Assembly: GCA_963764185.1 (NCBI GenBank)
Contig: CAVXRF010000007.1
Location: 440,635-504,634 of the forward strand
DNA: 64,000 nucleotides
Direction of reading: 5' to 3'
From: an uncultured Solirubrobacteraceae bacterium
GTDB lineage: Bacteria; Actinomycetota; Thermoleophilia; Solirubrobacterales; Solirubrobacteraceae
Of the stretch, positions 20,737 to 39,783 are shown piece after piece. A program made the position numbers and the translations under genes. How positions within the stretch are numbered: the first letter of the stretch is position 1; each line of letters opens with the position of its first letter. Under the pieces are notes generated by a model that ran no database searches, was not told where the DNA came from, and was given only the letters and a program-made list of their open reading frames with translations.

Positions 20737-21243
20737 TCAGTAGCCGACCGAGTAGAAGCTGATGTGCCGGCAGCCGTCGAGCTTCCAGTGGGGCAGCGCG
20801 TGGTGGCTGGTGAAGACGACGATGGCCGGGTTTTCGCAGTGGATGACGCCGCCGTTCTCGTGCGCGTGCACGACGGTCGCCGGGTTGGTGCCCGTCCACA
20901 CGTAGTTGAGGGTGTCGTTGGCGTAGATGAAGTTCTTGCCGTTGCCGGCGTGGATGACCGCCGTCTGGCGGCGACTCGCCGCTCGGGTGGTAGTCGCCCC
21001 AGATGACATCGCCGACGTCGCCGCCGTAGATCGTGTCGTCGCCGTAGCCGCCGAGCAGGTAGTTGTGCGTGTCGGCGCTGGCCGACGAGCACGTGGCTGG
21101 CGCGCCGGCCGGGCCCTGGTCCATGACCAGGTGCTGGTTCGCGCGGCCAGCCGGCGTGGCTGGTCATCGCCGCGGCGGGCACGGCGAGCGCGAGCGCGCG
21201 CGAGTACGGCGACCAGCCGCGATGCGTCAGGCGGTGCGCTCAT
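20737..21243 (-). CDS. Secreted hypothetical protein with RTX/Ca-binding-like Gly-Asp repeats (indel-broken)
   Basis: [22 protein letters not shown] and [14 protein letters not shown] fragments in different frames. Confidence 0.6.
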   Translation of the reverse strand: MSAPPDASRLVAVLARARARRARRGDDQPRRLAARTSTWSWTRARPARQPRARRPAPTRTTTCSAATATTRSTAATSAMSSGATTTRAASRRQTAVIHAGNGKNFIYANDTLNYVWTGTNPATVVHAHENGGVIHCENPAIVVFTSHHALPHWKLDGCRHISFYSVGY

Positions 21244-21379
21244 GGCTTCTCGCGTAACATCGCTCGTTGCATCGTCGCGGACGCTAGCCACGCTCTACGC
21301 CCGATCGGACATCGGGCCAGCGGTGAACTCGGCGGCGACGCGGCCACGTGTCGCGTCGCGAGCGCTAGGGTGGGCGGCC

Positions 21380-21961
21380 ATGCCGCTGATCCCCATGGTC
21401 ATCGAGCGCACGCGCGCGGCGAGCGCGAGTTCGACATCTACTCGCGGCTGCTCAACGAGCGGATCATCTTCCTGGGCACGCCGATCGACGATCAGGTGGC
21501 GAACCTCGTGGTGGCGCAGCTGCTGCACCTCGAGAGCGAGGATCCCGAAAAGGACATCTCGATCTACATCAACTCGCCCGGGCGGGAGCATCTACTCGGG
21601 CCTGGCGATCTACGACACGATGAAGTTCATCAAGCCCGACATCGCGACGATGTGCGTCGGCGTGGCGATGTCGATGGGCTCGCTGCTGCTGGCGGCCGGC
21701 ACGAAGGGCAAGCGCGCCGCGCTGCCGAACTCGCGGATCCTCATCCACCAGCCCTCGGCCGGCTTCGAAGGGCAGTCGACCGACATCGAGATCCACGCGC
21801 GCGAGATCCTGAACGTGCGCGTGCGGATCGACGAAATCTACGCCGAGCACACCGGCAAGCCGACGGAGGAGGTGCGCCAGGACATGGAGCGCGACCGCTT
21901 CTTCACCGCCGAGCAGGCGCTCGAGTACGGCCTGATCGACCGGGTGCTCGACGCCCACTGA
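21380..21961 (+). CDS. clpP: ATP-dependent Clp protease proteolytic subunit (indels)
   Basis: [37 protein letters not shown] (catalytic Ser), RILIHQP, DMERDRF. Confidence 0.95.
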   Translation: MPLIPMVIERTRAASASSTSTRGCSTSGSSSWARRSTIRWRTSWWRSCCTSRARIPKRTSRSTSTRPGGSIYSGLAIYDTMKFIKPDIATMCVGVAMSMGSLLLAAGTKGKRAALPNSRILIHQPSAGFEGQSTDIEIHAREILNVRVRIDEIYAEHTGKPTEEVRQDMERDRFFTAEQALEYGLIDRVLDAH

Positions 21962-21979
21962 GCGGCCTCGCGGACGGGC

Positions 21980-23102
21980 ATGTCCGCCCTGACGCACCGG
22001 GAGCGCGCGGCACTGCCTCTCGATCGCCGTGCTGACGGCGCTGGCCGGGCTGGCCAACTACCAGACGTGGCCCGCGGTTCCCCGCTTTGCGATCGCCACC
22101 CTCGCGCTGGCCGGGCTGGCGTGGGTCGTGTCGTTCGCCACCGAGCAGCTCGGCGAGCGCTTCGGGCCGGGCGTGACCGGCATGCTGCAGTCGACGCTCG
22201 GCAACCTGCCGGAGCTGTTCGTCGTGATCTTCGCGCTTCAGAAGGGCGAGCTCGTGGTCGCCCAGACGGCGATCGTCGGCTCGATCCTCGCCAACGCACT
22301 GCTGGTGCTCGGCCTCGTGATCGTGGTCGGCGCCCGCGTGCGCGCCGGACGGGATCATGCGCTTCTCGACGCGCCTTCCGAGGGACACGGCGACGCTGCT
22401 GCAGGTGACCGTCTTCATCATCGTGCTGCTCGGGCTCTCGCTGGCGGCACACGACCCGGCGAGCCACCACGTCAAGTCGATCTCGATCGTCGGGGCGATC
22501 TGCCTGCTGGTCGTCTACGCGACCTGGGTGGTGCCCTACCTGCGCTGACGACACCGCACCGGCACGGCTGATGAGGCAGCCGCTGGCGCGGCTGGGGGGC
22601 CGCCCGGCCGTGTCGAGGACGGGGTGGGCCGGACCGGACCGCGGCTCTCGCTGCGTTTCACGCTCGGGCTGCTGCTCATCGCCGGCGTGGCCTCGGCGTT
22701 CGTCTCTGACTGGTTCATCAACGGCCTCGAGCCGGCGATCGCCAAGCTGAACTTCTCCCAGGCGTTCGCCGGCCTCGTGATCGTCGCGATCGCGGGCAAC
22801 GCGGTGGAGAACACCGCCGGTCTGGTGCTGGCCTCGAAGGGCCGCTCGGACCTCGCGATCTCGGTCGTCAAGAACTCGGTCGCGCAGATCGCGGCGTTCC
22901 TGTTCCCGCTGCTGGTGCTGGTCTCCTTCGCGCTGAAGACGACGCTCACGTTCGCGCTGGCGCCCGTCTACATCGGCGCGCCTGCTGCTGACCGCGCTCG
23001 CCCTCTGCGCAGATCACCGGCGACGGCGAGGCCGGCGAATTCGAGGGCTGGGCGCTCGTCGCCCTGTACGTGATCCTCGCGGCGTTCACGCTGTATGAGT
23101 AG
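21980..23102 (+). CDS. Ca2+/H+ antiporter (CAX/ChaA family), indel-broken
   Basis: alpha-1 GNLPE...[12 protein letters not shown] and alpha-2 GNAVE...NSVAQIA repeats. Confidence 0.88.
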
Positions 23103-23122
23103 CTCCCGCCGCGCAAGCGCGC

Positions 23123-23171
23123 TAGACTGCTTGCACCTCGCGCCTAGGCGGGGTTTTTCTTCGCCCTAGGC
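23123..23171 (+). promoter_or_regulatory. Putative -10 (TAGACT) and 5' leader hairpin of the rpmG-secE-nusG operon
   Basis: TAGACT 23123-23128; GCCTAGG...CCTAGGC stem 23142-23171. Confidence 0.45.
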
Positions 23172-23204
23172 CGCTGTCCACACGACTACGCAGGGATTTC
23201 CCAC

Positions 23205-23369
23205 ATGGCCCGTGGAGATGTTCGAATCGCGATCACCCTCGCCTGCGAGGAGTGCAAGCATCGCAACTACCAGACCAATAAGAGCAAGCGCAACAACCCG
23301 GACCGGGTGAGGCTGCGCAAGTACTGCCGCTGGTGTCGTAAGCACACCGGCCATCGGGAGACCCGCTAG
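23205..23369 (+). CDS. rpmG: 50S ribosomal protein L33 (Zn-binding form)
   Basis: Manual translation [54 protein letters not shown]; below ORF-track cutoff. Confidence 0.96.
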   Translation: MARGDVRIAITLACEECKHRNYQTNKSKRNNPDRVRLRKYCRWCRKHTGHRETR

Positions 23370-23384
23370 CGCGGGAGCGCTGCT

Positions 23385-24013
23385 GTGGCCCGTGACCGAA
23401 AACGCGCAAAGCAGCGCCGGGAACGCCGGGGCAACGCCGGTGCGGGCCGTTCGGCTGCCGCGGGCACGCCCGCGGCAAAGCCCGAGGCCAATGGCGCGCC
23501 CGGCGCCGATCCGGCCGCTCCCGTGCCCAACGGCGCCCCGGCCGAGCCGGCTCACGGCGATCTCGAGCGCGCCGACGTCCCCGCTGCGCTCGACCACGCC
23601 TCCGCCGAGGTCGACGAGTTCGACGCCGCGCTCGTCGCCGGCGCCGACGGCGTGCCTGCCGGCCCCGACACGCTGTCCGAGGCCGAAATCGAGGCCGAGG
23701 CGCTGGACGAGGGCGACATCAGCGCGGACGAACTTCAGGAACCCGCCGGCACCACGGTGCGCAGGCGGCCCGGCGGCGGTGGCCCCAACGGCGGCGTCAC
23801 GCCCGAGCAGGCCTCCGGCGCGCCGATTCGCAAAGGCAACCGCGCCCTCGGCTTCCTGCGCGCCAGCTGGGCCGAGCTTCAGCGGGTCCAGTGGCCCGAC
23901 CGCCGCCAGGTCTTTCAGGCCACGGCCGTCGTGCTCGGGTTCGTCGCGATCGCGGGCGCTACCTGGGCTTGGCCGATTACGTGGCCAAGGAAATCGTCGA
24001 ATTCATCCTCTAG
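23385..24013 (+). CDS. secE: Preprotein translocase SecE with long N-terminal extension (indel near 3' end)
   Basis: FLRASWAELQRVQWPDRRQVFQATAVVLGFV; between rpmG and nusG. Confidence 0.92.
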
Positions 24014-24020
24014 GGCCTGA

Positions 24021-24542
24021 ATGTTTCGCTGGTACGTCGTCAACACCTATTCAGGCCACGAGAACAAGGTCAAGCACAACCTCGAGCACCGCCTGGTCTC
24101 GCTCGGCCAGCAGCGCGCCGTGCGCAACGTCGTCGTTCCGACCGAAGCCGTCTCGGAGATGAAGGACAACCAGAAGATCACCGTCGAGAAGCGCACGATG
24201 CCCGGCTACGTGCTCGTCAACATGGAGCTCAACGAGGACTCCTGGGGCGTCGTCAAGGGCACCCCCGGCGTGACCGGCTTCGTGGGCGCCTCCCAGGAGC
24301 CGGTGCCGCTGACCCAGGTCGAGGTCGACCGGCTGCTGCACAAGGAGGTCGCAACGGCCACCCGCACGCGCGCCCAGTTCGCGATCGGCGAGTCGGTCAA
24401 GGTCGTCTCCGGGCCGCTGTCGGACTTCTCCGGCGAGATCTCCGAGATCAACGAGGACGCCGCCCGGCTCAAGGTGCTGGTATCTATCTTCGGCCGGGAG
24501 ACCCCCGTCGAGGTCGGCTTCGACCAGGTGAAGAAGCTCTAG
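24021..24542 (+). CDS. nusG: Transcription termination/antitermination factor NusG
   Basis: [35 protein letters not shown]. Confidence 0.98.
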   Translation: MFRWYVVNTYSGHENKVKHNLEHRLVSLGQQRAVRNVVVPTEAVSEMKDNQKITVEKRTMPGYVLVNMELNEDSWGVVKGTPGVTGFVGASQEPVPLTQVEVDRLLHKEVATATRTRAQFAIGESVKVVSGPLSDFSGEISEINEDAARLKVLVSIFGRETPVEVGFDQVKKL

Positions 24543-24544
24543 AC

Positions 24545-24967
24545 ATGGCCAAGAAGGTACTCACGACGATCAAGCTGCAGGCCAATGCCGGGCAGGCGAG
24601 CCCTGCCCCGCCGGTCGGTCCTGCGCTGGGCCAGCACGGGATCAACATCATGGAGTTCTGCAAGGCCTTCAACGCCCAGACGCAGAGCGAAACGGGCACC
24701 GTCATCCCGGTCGTGATCACGGTCTACGAGGACCGCTCGTTCACGTTCATCACCAAGACCCCGCCGGCCGCCGTGCTGATCCGCCAGGCGATCAACATCA
24801 ACAAGGGCTCGGGCGAGCCCAACCGCATGAAGGTCGGCACGATCACCCAGCAGCAGCTGCGCGAGATCGCCGAGCGCAAGCTCGACGACCTCAACGCCCA
24901 CGACGTCGAGCAGGCGGCCAAGATCATCGCCGGGACTGCCCGCTCGATGGGCGTGGACGTGGCCTGA
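24545..24967 (+). CDS. rplK: 50S ribosomal protein L11
   Basis: [24 protein letters not shown]. Confidence 0.99.
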   Translation: MAKKVLTTIKLQANAGQASPAPPVGPALGQHGINIMEFCKAFNAQTQSETGTVIPVVITVYEDRSFTFITKTPPAAVLIRQAININKGSGEPNRMKVGTITQQQLREIAERKLDDLNAHDVEQAAKIIAGTARSMGVDVA

Positions 24968-25705
24968 TGAGCGCCACGGCAAGCGCTACACCGAGCGGCT
25001 CGCGCAAGGTCGACCGCGAGCGCGAGTACCCGCCCGCCGAGGCGGTGGCGCTCGTGCGCAGCTCGCCGCAGCGCGAAGTTCGACGAGACGGTCGAGGTCC
25101 ACGTCCGCACCGGCCTCAACGTCCGCCACGCCGACGAGCAGCTGCGCGGCACGATCGCGCTGCCCAACGGCCTCGGCAAGGACGTCAAGATCGCCGTCTT
25201 CGCCCAGGGCGACAAGGCCCGCGAAGCCGAGGAGGCCGGCGCCGACGTCGTCGGCGGCGAGGACCTCGCCAAGCAGATCCAGGAGGGCTTCGACGACTTC
25301 GACATGGCGATCGCGACCCCCGACATGATGTCCATCGTCGGCCGGCTCGGGCGCATCCTCGGGCCCTCCGGCAAGATGCCCAACCCGAAAGTCGGCACCG
25401 TCACGATGGACGTCGCCAAAGCCGTCGAGGAGTCGAAGGCCGGCAAGATCGAGTACCGCACCGACCGCAGCGCCATCGTCCATCTGGTGATCGGCAAGGC
25501 GAGCTTCGACGACCGCAAGCTGCTCGAGAACTACGCGGCCGTGATCGAAGAGCTCGTGCGGGCCAAGCCGTCCGCCGCCAAAGGCCGCTACCTGCGCTCG
25601 ATCACGCTCGCCTCGACGATGGGCCCGGGGGTCAAGGTCGACCCGGGCCGCACCCGCGACATCATCGAGGAGGCGCCGCGCCGGCGCCGCGCATCGCCGC
25701 CTCAG
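24967..25705 (+). CDS. rplA: 50S ribosomal protein L1 (indels; end approximate)
   Basis: [38 protein letters not shown]. Confidence 0.95.
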
Positions 25706-25726
25706 CGCATCCATCTCACAGGCCAC

Positions 25727-25790
25727 CCGAGACCCCCGGCGATCGTCGCCGATCTTCGTCGGCCGGCGCACTTCAGACCGGGAAGGAGCC
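25727..25790 (+). promoter_or_regulatory. Probable L10 leader (L10/L12 autoregulatory RNA)
   Basis: CCGAGAC-CCCCGG...GCCGA-TCTTCG-TCGGC...CCGGG-AAGG directly upstream of the rplJ RBS; resembles L10_leader architecture. Confidence 0.55.
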
Positions 25791-25792
25791 CC

Positions 25793-26683
25793 ATGAACAG
25801 AGACCAGAAGGCCGTGGCGATCGCCGAGATCGCCGAGCACATCGACGAAGCCAGGCGATCTTCGCCGTCGACTACCGCGGCATCACCGTGGCCCAGGTCG
25901 CCGAGCTGCGCACCAACCTGCGCGACGCCGACGCCACCTTCACGGTGGTCAAGAACTCCCTCACCGAACGCGCCGCCGACCAGGTCGGGGCCGAGGTCGC
26001 TGAAGGAATTCCTCGCCGGGCCCACCGCCCTGACCTTCGTGCGCGGCGACGTCGCCACGGCGGCCAAGGCGATCGCCGACTACGCCCGCGCCACCCAGCT
26101 GCTGCCCTTCAAGGGCGGCCTCATGGACGGCTCCCCGCTCGACGTCGAACAGATCCGCTCGCTCTCGCGCCTGCCCTCCCGCGAAGTCCTCTACGGACAG
26201 CTCGTCGGCGTCGTCGCCTCCCCGTCGGCGGGCTCGTCCGCAGCCTCGCGCGCTCGTCGGCGGCCTCGCCTCCGCGCTCGGCCAGGTGCGCGAGAAGAAG
26301 GAGTCCGGCGAGATCCCCGCCGGCGCGGCCCCCGGCCGCCGAGGCGCCCGCTGCTGCCGAGGCGCCCGAAGGCCGAGGAGCCGGCCGCTGAGGCCCCCGC
26401 CGCTGAGGAGGCAGGAGGCTGAGGAGCCGGCCGCCGAGGCGGCGCCCGCCGAGGAGCCGCGGCCGAGGCAGCCTGCCGCCGAGGAGCCCCAGCCGAGGAG
26501 CCTCCCGCCGAGGAGCCCCCCGCCGAGGAGCCTCCCACCGAGGAGCCCGCGGCCGAGGCGCACGCCGAGGACACAAGCTGAGCCGGCGACGAGGAGCCGG
26601 CGCAAGAAGACGACAACGAGGCGGACGCTTCGGCTGAGACCCAGCCCGAGGACGCCGACGCGAATCCCACCAAGGAGGACTGA
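25793..26683 (+). CDS. rplJ: 50S ribosomal protein L10 with long acidic Glu/Ala/Pro C-terminal tail (indels)
   Basis: [37 protein letters not shown]; tail of EEPAAE-type repeats ending KED* at 26683. Confidence 0.93.
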
Positions 26684-26688
26684 CGCAG

Positions 26689-27078
26689 ATGGCTACCAGC
26701 ACACAGGATTGGATCGAGGAGCTCAAGGGCATCTCGGTGCTCGAGCTCGCCGAGCGGATCAAGGCGCTCGAGGAGGAGTTCGGCGTCTCGGCGGCCGCCG
26801 TTGCGGCACCGGCCGCGGCGCCGGCCGGCGGCGGCGGCGACGGTGGTGGCGCGGAGGCCGAAGAGCCGAGCACGGTCGACGTGATGCTGGCCGAGGCCGG
26901 CGACAAGAAGATCCAGGTGATCAAGGTCGTGCGCGCCGCCACGGGCCTCGGCCTGAAAGAGGCCAAGGCGCTCGTCGACGAGGCTCCCAAGCCGGTCAAG
27001 GAGGGCATCGAGCGCGAGGAGGCCGACAAGCTCAAGCAGGAACTCGAGGAGGCCGGGGGCACCGTCGAGGTGAAGTAG
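26689..27078 (+). CDS. rplL: 50S ribosomal protein L7/L12
   Basis: [31 protein letters not shown]. Confidence 0.99.
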   Translation: MATSTQDWIEELKGISVLELAERIKALEEEFGVSAAAVAAPAAAPAGGGGDGGGAEAEEPSTVDVMLAEAGDKKIQVIKVVRAATGLGLKEAKALVDEAPKPVKEGIEREEADKLKQELEEAGGTVEVK

Positions 27079-27106
27079 CGCGCGTCCATCGCGACGCCGG
27101 TTTGAG

Positions 27107-27135
27107 AGGGCCCCGCCGTCGCGGGGCCCTTCTTT
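27107..27135 (+). terminator. Intrinsic terminator/attenuator between rplL and rpoB
   Basis: AGGGCCCCGC-CGTC-GCGGGGCCCT followed by TCTTT. Confidence 0.75.
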
Positions 27136-27356
27136 ATCCAACGCTAACAATTGGCCGAATTTTCCGGTAAAGTGCACCTGCTGGCCGATAGCCGCAGCCG
27201 CCCGCAGCAGGACGTCGCGCCACATACGCGACGTCCGAGGGCGGGGTCCGTGAGCGCTGGCTGGCCCTTCAGGGCGTCGATAGTCTGTGCTATCTTTGCT
27301 AGTCGCGCTTCGGCGCCCTCCTCTGCCCGTGTCTCGCCCTCCGAAGGAGTCGTTTC

Positions 27357-35260
<7,904 letters not shown>

Positions 35261-35357
35261 CAGGAGCGGCGGTCAGGCGGGGAAGCCCACCTGGCCGCCG
35301 AGCAGTTCTCCTGCGGCTCGCCGCGACCTACGGCGAGCGCGCGTGTTCTGACTCCAG

Positions 35358-36887
35358 ATGAGCGCCCCGCGCGGCATGACGCGCCGCTCCCTGCTCACCG
35401 CGGCCGCTGGCGCAGCTGCAGGTGGGCTCGTGCGCCCACCGGGCGCCATCGCGGCGTTCTCGCAGTCCGCCTCCCCGCAGAGTGTGGCCGGCCCGGTCTG
35501 CTTCGAGCGCTGGGTCGGGACCCTCTCGCGCGCGCCGAGGACAGTGGAGCTCGGGCGAAACGCCGACCTCGTGGGGGTCGAATGGCCCGCGGCGGCGCCG
35601 GCGATGCCTCGCATCGAGCTGCGCGCGCAGAGGGAGGACGGGAGCTTCAGCCCGTGGGTGTTCGCGGGCGGCCACAGCCACGGCCCCGATGAGAGCCCCG
35701 CATCCGGGAGGCTGACGGGCGATCCGCTGTGGACGGGGGGATCACGGGCGCTTCAGCTGCGCGCAGGGGCGGAGCTGGGCCGGGTGCGCCTGAAGCTCGT
35801 GGACGTGAGCTTCGGGCGTGGCGCACGAAGCCAGGCGCTCGCGGCCGGCCCTCTGGCCGGGCAGGCCTCCCTGGCGCTGGCCGAACCTGTGCTCGCCGCC
35901 GGCTCGGGTCAGCCGCCGATCATCGCCCGCCGGGCCTGGGCCCGGGGCGTCTGCCACCCGCGCGTGGCGCCGGAATACGGAGCTGTCGAGATGGCCTTCG
36001 TGCATCACACCGAGAATCCGAACGGCTACACGGCCGCCGAGGTGCCGGCGATGCTCAGGGCGATCTACGCTTTTCACCGCTACACGAACGACTGGAACGA
36101 CATCGGCTACAACTTCGTGCTCGACCTGTTCGGGCGCATCTTCGAGGCGCGCGCGGGAGGAATCGATCAGCCCGTCGTGGGCGCCCAGGCCGGCGGCTAC
36201 AACCTCGTCTCGAGCGGCATCGCTGTGCTCGGGAGCTTCTCGGAAGTTCCCATCTCGCCGGCCGCAAGGCAGTCGCTCGAGCGGCTACTGGCCTGGAAGC
36301 TCTCGCTGCACGGCGTCCCTACGATCGGCAGGGTGACGGTGCGCGTCAACCCGGCCGGCGCCCGCTACAGCCGCTTTCCCGCCGGCGCGCATGTCTCGCT
36401 TCCGCGCATCGCCGGCCACCGCGACGGCGACTCGACCGAATGTCCGGGCGATGCTCTCTACGGCGAGCTTCCCCGCATCCGCCGGATCGTCGCCCAGCTG
36501 GCCGGGCGCCCCGCGCGCTCGACACTCGCGCTCGGCGCGGGAGCGAGTCCCGAGAGCGGCGTGCTCGGCGGGGCCGTCGAGTTCCTCGACGGCACCCCGA
36601 TCGGCGGGGCGCCGGTCGAGATCCAGCAGCGGAGCGTCTCTGCGAAGGGCGAAGTCGTGAGCGAGCAGACGCTCGCCCAGGCAGTCACCGCCGCCAACGG
36701 CGAATGGTCTGTGCCGGTGGCGATCGCGCCGGCCGGCGGTGAAGGGATCTGGCTGCGCGCGCTGTGCCCCGGCAGCGCGAGCGTGCCGACGGCGGTGTCG
36801 CTGCCGCTGCACGTGGCGGCCTTATCGCTCACACCGCAGAGCGCTCCCGCGCCCAGTCCGCCAGCAGCCGCGCCTCCCGCGACGTGA
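35358..36887 (+). CDS. Tat-exported N-acetylmuramoyl-L-alanine amidase (Amidase_2/PGRP-like)
   Basis: TRRSLL twin-arginine signal; VHHTE, WNDIGYNF, IAGHRDGDSTECPG. Confidence 0.9.
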   Translation: MSAPRGMTRRSLLTAAAGAAAGGLVRPPGAIAAFSQSASPQSVAGPVCFERWVGTLSRAPRTVELGRNADLVGVEWPAAAPAMPRIELRAQREDGSFSPWVFAGGHSHGPDESPASGRLTGDPLWTGGSRALQLRAGAELGRVRLKLVDVSFGRGARSQALAAGPLAGQASLALAEPVLAAGSGQPPIIARRAWARGVCHPRVAPEYGAVEMAFVHHTENPNGYTAAEVPAMLRAIYAFHRYTNDWNDIGYNFVLDLFGRIFEARAGGIDQPVVGAQAGGYNLVSSGIAVLGSFSEVPISPAARQSLERLLAWKLSLHGVPTIGRVTVRVNPAGARYSRFPAGAHVSLPRIAGHRDGDSTECPGDALYGELPRIRRIVAQLAGRPARSTLALGAGASPESGVLGGAVEFLDGTPIGGAPVEIQQRSVSAKGEVVSEQTLAQAVTAANGEWSVPVAIAPAGGEGIWLRALCPGSASVPTAVSLPLHVAALSLTPQSAPAPSPPAAAPPAT

Positions 36888-37368
36888 GCCCGTCCTGCGG
36901 CTCGGTTCGCACGAGCAGCGTCGGCGCCGGGCGCTCGGCGGCCCACTCGTGGCAGGCCTCGTTGAAGGCGTCGTCGATCCACGCGAGCGCGCGCCCGCCC
37001 GCGTATGCGTCTATGGCCTCGAGCTTCCAATGGGCGTTGCTCCTGCCCGGCGAGCGCTCGAAGCGCAGGAACGGCAGCCCCTCGGGCAGCCCGAGCAGGT
37101 GCGGCAGGTACTCCTCGGCGCGCTCCTCCCAGCCGCTCGCCCAGACGAGGTCGAAGTCCTCGGCCAGGCCGAGCAGGTGTGCGGCCGCAGTGGACGAAAG
37201 GAAGTGGGGTATGCCGTCGATCGAGTGGAAGCTCCCGGCCGCGGCCGGCGCGTCGCGCCTTCCACGCGGCGGCGTGGGCCACGTGGCCCCATGCCCGGGG
37301 GCGCCGAACAGCGAGATGACCCCGTCGATGTCGACCATCAGCAGGGGTTTGCTTGTGTCGTTCGTCAT
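36829..37368 (-). CDS. HAD-superfamily protein (HAD_SAK_2 / RNA-repair-like)
   Basis: PLLMVDIDGV, LVWASGWE, WKL, LAWIDD, GLT; ATG at 37368. Confidence 0.85.
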   Translation of the reverse strand: MTNDTSKPLLMVDIDGVISLFGAPGHGATWPTPPRGRRDAPAAAGSFHSIDGIPHFLSSTAAAHLLGLAEDFDLVWASGWEERAEEYLPHLLGLPEGLPFLRFERSPGRSNAHWKLEAIDAYAGGRALAWIDDAFNEACHEWAAERPAPTLLVRTEPQDGLTSREARLLADWARERSAV

Positions 37369-37537
37369 CTTGTGTTCGAAGACGGTCTTTAGGCTACGTA
37401 CAGGTTGGACGGGCAATGTGCGGACATCGGCGGCTGTGAGTAAAGCAGCCGAGGATCGTGCCGATGGACCCGTCAGTGGGAGCGGAGGGGTCACCAGGAC
37501 CCGACACACATAAACCCCGACCCGCTCGAGAGCTCCC

Positions 37538-37603
37538 ATGACACCCATTCCCCCGATGACGCCTACCCTCCTGCCCTCCGCCCACCCCTGCGCGCGCCGA
37601 TGA
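37538..37603 (+). other. Candidate Pro-rich leader peptide MTPIPPMTPTLLPSAHPCARR
   Basis: 21-codon ORF; its TGA overlaps the ATG of the downstream transporter (ATGA). Confidence 0.35.
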
Positions 37604-38479
37604 GCCTCGATATCGGCATCCTGCTGGCGCTCGCCTGCGCCTTCGTCGCGAACCTGGGCTTCTTCTTCAAGTACCGCGGCGCCAACTCGGTGCCGCGAGT
37701 CGATCTGCGCCGCCCGTTTCACTCGGTCCGGCTGCTCTACTCCTCCAAGTGGTTCACGCTCGGCATGATCATCGCGACCGCCAGCTGGGGCCTGCACGTC
37801 GCCGCGCTCGCGCTCGCGCCGATGTCGGTGATCCAGGTCTCGCTCGCCGCCGGCGTCGTCTTCATCGCCGTGATGGCCGACCGCATGTTCGGATTCAAGG
37901 TCGGCCGCCGCCAGTGGATCGGGCTGATCGCTGACCGCAGCCGGCCTCGTCACGCTCGGGCTCACGCTGCCGTCCTTCCACGGCGCGCACTCGCAGTTCT
38001 CCCAGGCGGCGATGATCTCCTTCGAGGCCGGCCTGTTCGGCATCGGCGGCCTGCTCATCATGGGACCGCGCATGGGCGGGCCGGTCGAGCACCACGGCGT
38101 GATGCTCGCCGCCGCGGCGGGCATCCTGTTCGGCGTCTCTGACACCTCCATCAAGGCGCTCACCGGCATCACCGGCGCACACGGCTTCATCGGCCTCGTG
38201 CTGAGCCCCTGGCTCGCCGTTGCGATCATCGCCTCGATCATCGCCTTCTACGCCTCCGCGCGCGCCCTGCAGGACGGCGACGCCGTCCCGGTGATCGCCG
38301 TGACGGGGACGGCCGCGAACATCGCCGGCATCGCCGGCGGCATCCTCGTGTTCGGCGATCCGATGGCGGCCAGCCCGCTGGGGGTCGTGCTGCAGGCATG
38401 CGCATTCGTGCTCGTGATCGTCGCCTCGGCGCTGATGCCGGCGCCGGTGCGCTCGGCCGGCGTCCCGGCGACGGCGTAG
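37600..38479 (+). CDS. DMT superfamily membrane protein (NIPA/Mg2+ transporter-like), one indel
   Basis: About 9 TM segments; LHVAALALAPMSVIQ, ALQDGDAVPVI, GILVFGD. Confidence 0.75.
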
Positions 38480-38500
38480 CGCTGCTAGCATCAGCGCCCG

Positions 38501-38896
38501 ATGCCCACCACCTCTCAGCTCGTGCGCAAGGGACGCGTGTCCCCGAAGAAGAAGCTGGCGACCCCCGGCCTGAAGTCCGGCAGCGGGCGCAAAAAGAAAG
38601 TCGCCGCGCCGCAGCGCCGCGGCGTGTGCACGCGCGTGTACACGACGACCCCGAAGAAGCCCAACTCCGCGCTGCGCAAGGTCGCGCGCGTGCGTATCTC
38701 GGGCTCGATCGAGGTGACCGCCTACATCCCCGGCGAGGGGCACAACCTGCAGGAGCACTCGGTGGTGCTCGTGCGCGGCGGCCGCGTCAAGGATCTGCCG
38801 GGCGTCCGCTACAAGGTCGTGCGCGGCACGCTCGACGCGGCCGGCGTGAGCGACCGCAAGAAGGCGCGCTCGCAGTACGGCGTGAAGAAGAAGTAG
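38501..38896 (+). CDS. rpsL: 30S ribosomal protein S12
   Basis: [34 protein letters not shown]. Confidence 0.99.
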   Translation: MPTTSQLVRKGRVSPKKKLATPGLKSGSGRKKKVAAPQRRGVCTRVYTTTPKKPNSALRKVARVRISGSIEVTAYIPGEGHNLQEHSVVLVRGGRVKDLPGVRYKVVRGTLDAAGVSDRKKARSQYGVKKK

Positions 38897-38902
38897 CAGG
38901 GC

Positions 38903-39374
38903 ATGCCCAGACGCGCAGCCGCCCAGATTCGCCCCGTCGAGGCGGACCCGATCCACCGCTCGAAGCTCGTTCAGCAGGTCATCAACAAGGTGATGCTCGA
39001 CGGCAAGAAGTCGACGGCCGAGCGCATCGTCTACGACGCGCTGGCGCTGGTGGCCGAGCGCTAGCGACAAAGACCCGGTGGAGTCGCTCGAGGCGTCGAT
39101 CAGGTCCCTGACGCCGTCGCTTGAGGTTCGCTCGCGCCGCGTTGGCGGCGCCACCTACCAGGTTCCCGTCGAGGTGCCCTCAAGGCGCGCACGCACGCTG
39201 GCGGTGCGCTGGCTCGTCGAGTTCGCGCGCGGCCGCCGCGAGAAGTCGATGGCCCAGCGTCTGGCCAACGAGCTGACCGACGCGCAGTCTCAGCAGGGTG
39301 GGGCCTACAAGCGCAAGGACGACATCTACCGCATGGCCCAGGCCAACAAGGCCTTCGCCCACTACCGCTGGTAG
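38903..39374 (+). CDS. rpsG: 30S ribosomal protein S7 (indel near 39061)
   Basis: MPRRAA..., [37 protein letters not shown]. Confidence 0.97.
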
Positions 39375-39378
39375 AGCG

Positions 39379-39672
39379 TCAGTCGTCCTTGGCCGGAGGC
39401 TCGTCGGAGGTGTCTCTCCGGACCGCTTCTTCACTCAGGCGGCCGAGCTCATCGTCGCTGAAGCTCCCCTCTTCGCTTGCGAGCAGCTCGTGCGCCCGCT
39501 GCAGATCGTCCTCGCCGACGAACACGTCGCGCGCGCCCGAGTAACCCCACTGGGGGCCGCCGATCGTGCGCTGGGCGATGGCGCTGATGCCCGCCGCCGA
39601 CAGCCGCTCGAGGACCAGCTCGGCCTCCGGCTCGCTCGCGACCGAGGTCACGATCTTCAGTGCATCCGCCAT
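39379..39672 (-). CDS. DUF2007-like putative signal-transducing small protein (probably leaderless)
   Basis: EAELVLERLSAAGI...VFVGEDDLQRAHELL; TAGGCT 6 nt before ATG. Confidence 0.75.
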   Translation of the reverse strand: MADALKIVTSVASEPEAELVLERLSAAGISAIAQRTIGGPQWGYSGARDVFVGEDDLQRAHELLASEEGSFSDDELGRLSEEAVRRDTSDEPPAKDD

Positions 39673-39751
39673 GGCTCGAGCCTAGCGCGGCGGCGGGTCG
39701 CGCGCATGCGTGGACGTTTGTGTGATCCTGGGCACACAGCCCTTGAAGAAG

Positions 39752-39783
39752 AAAGGTTTGGTACCTAAACTTTCGGTACCGAA
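39752..39783. promoter_or_regulatory. MarR-type operator palindromes at the MFS promoter
   Basis: AAAGGTTTGGTACCTAAACTTT and overlapping TTCGGTACCGAA. Confidence 0.6.

Noticed and set aside
26340-26600. GCCGAGGAGCC repeats as a CRISPR or mobile repeat
   Set aside because: They encode the Glu/Ala/Pro tail of L10.
38620-38810. Possible streptomycin resistance in S12
   Set aside because: TPKKPNS and RVKDLPG retain the wild-type lysines.
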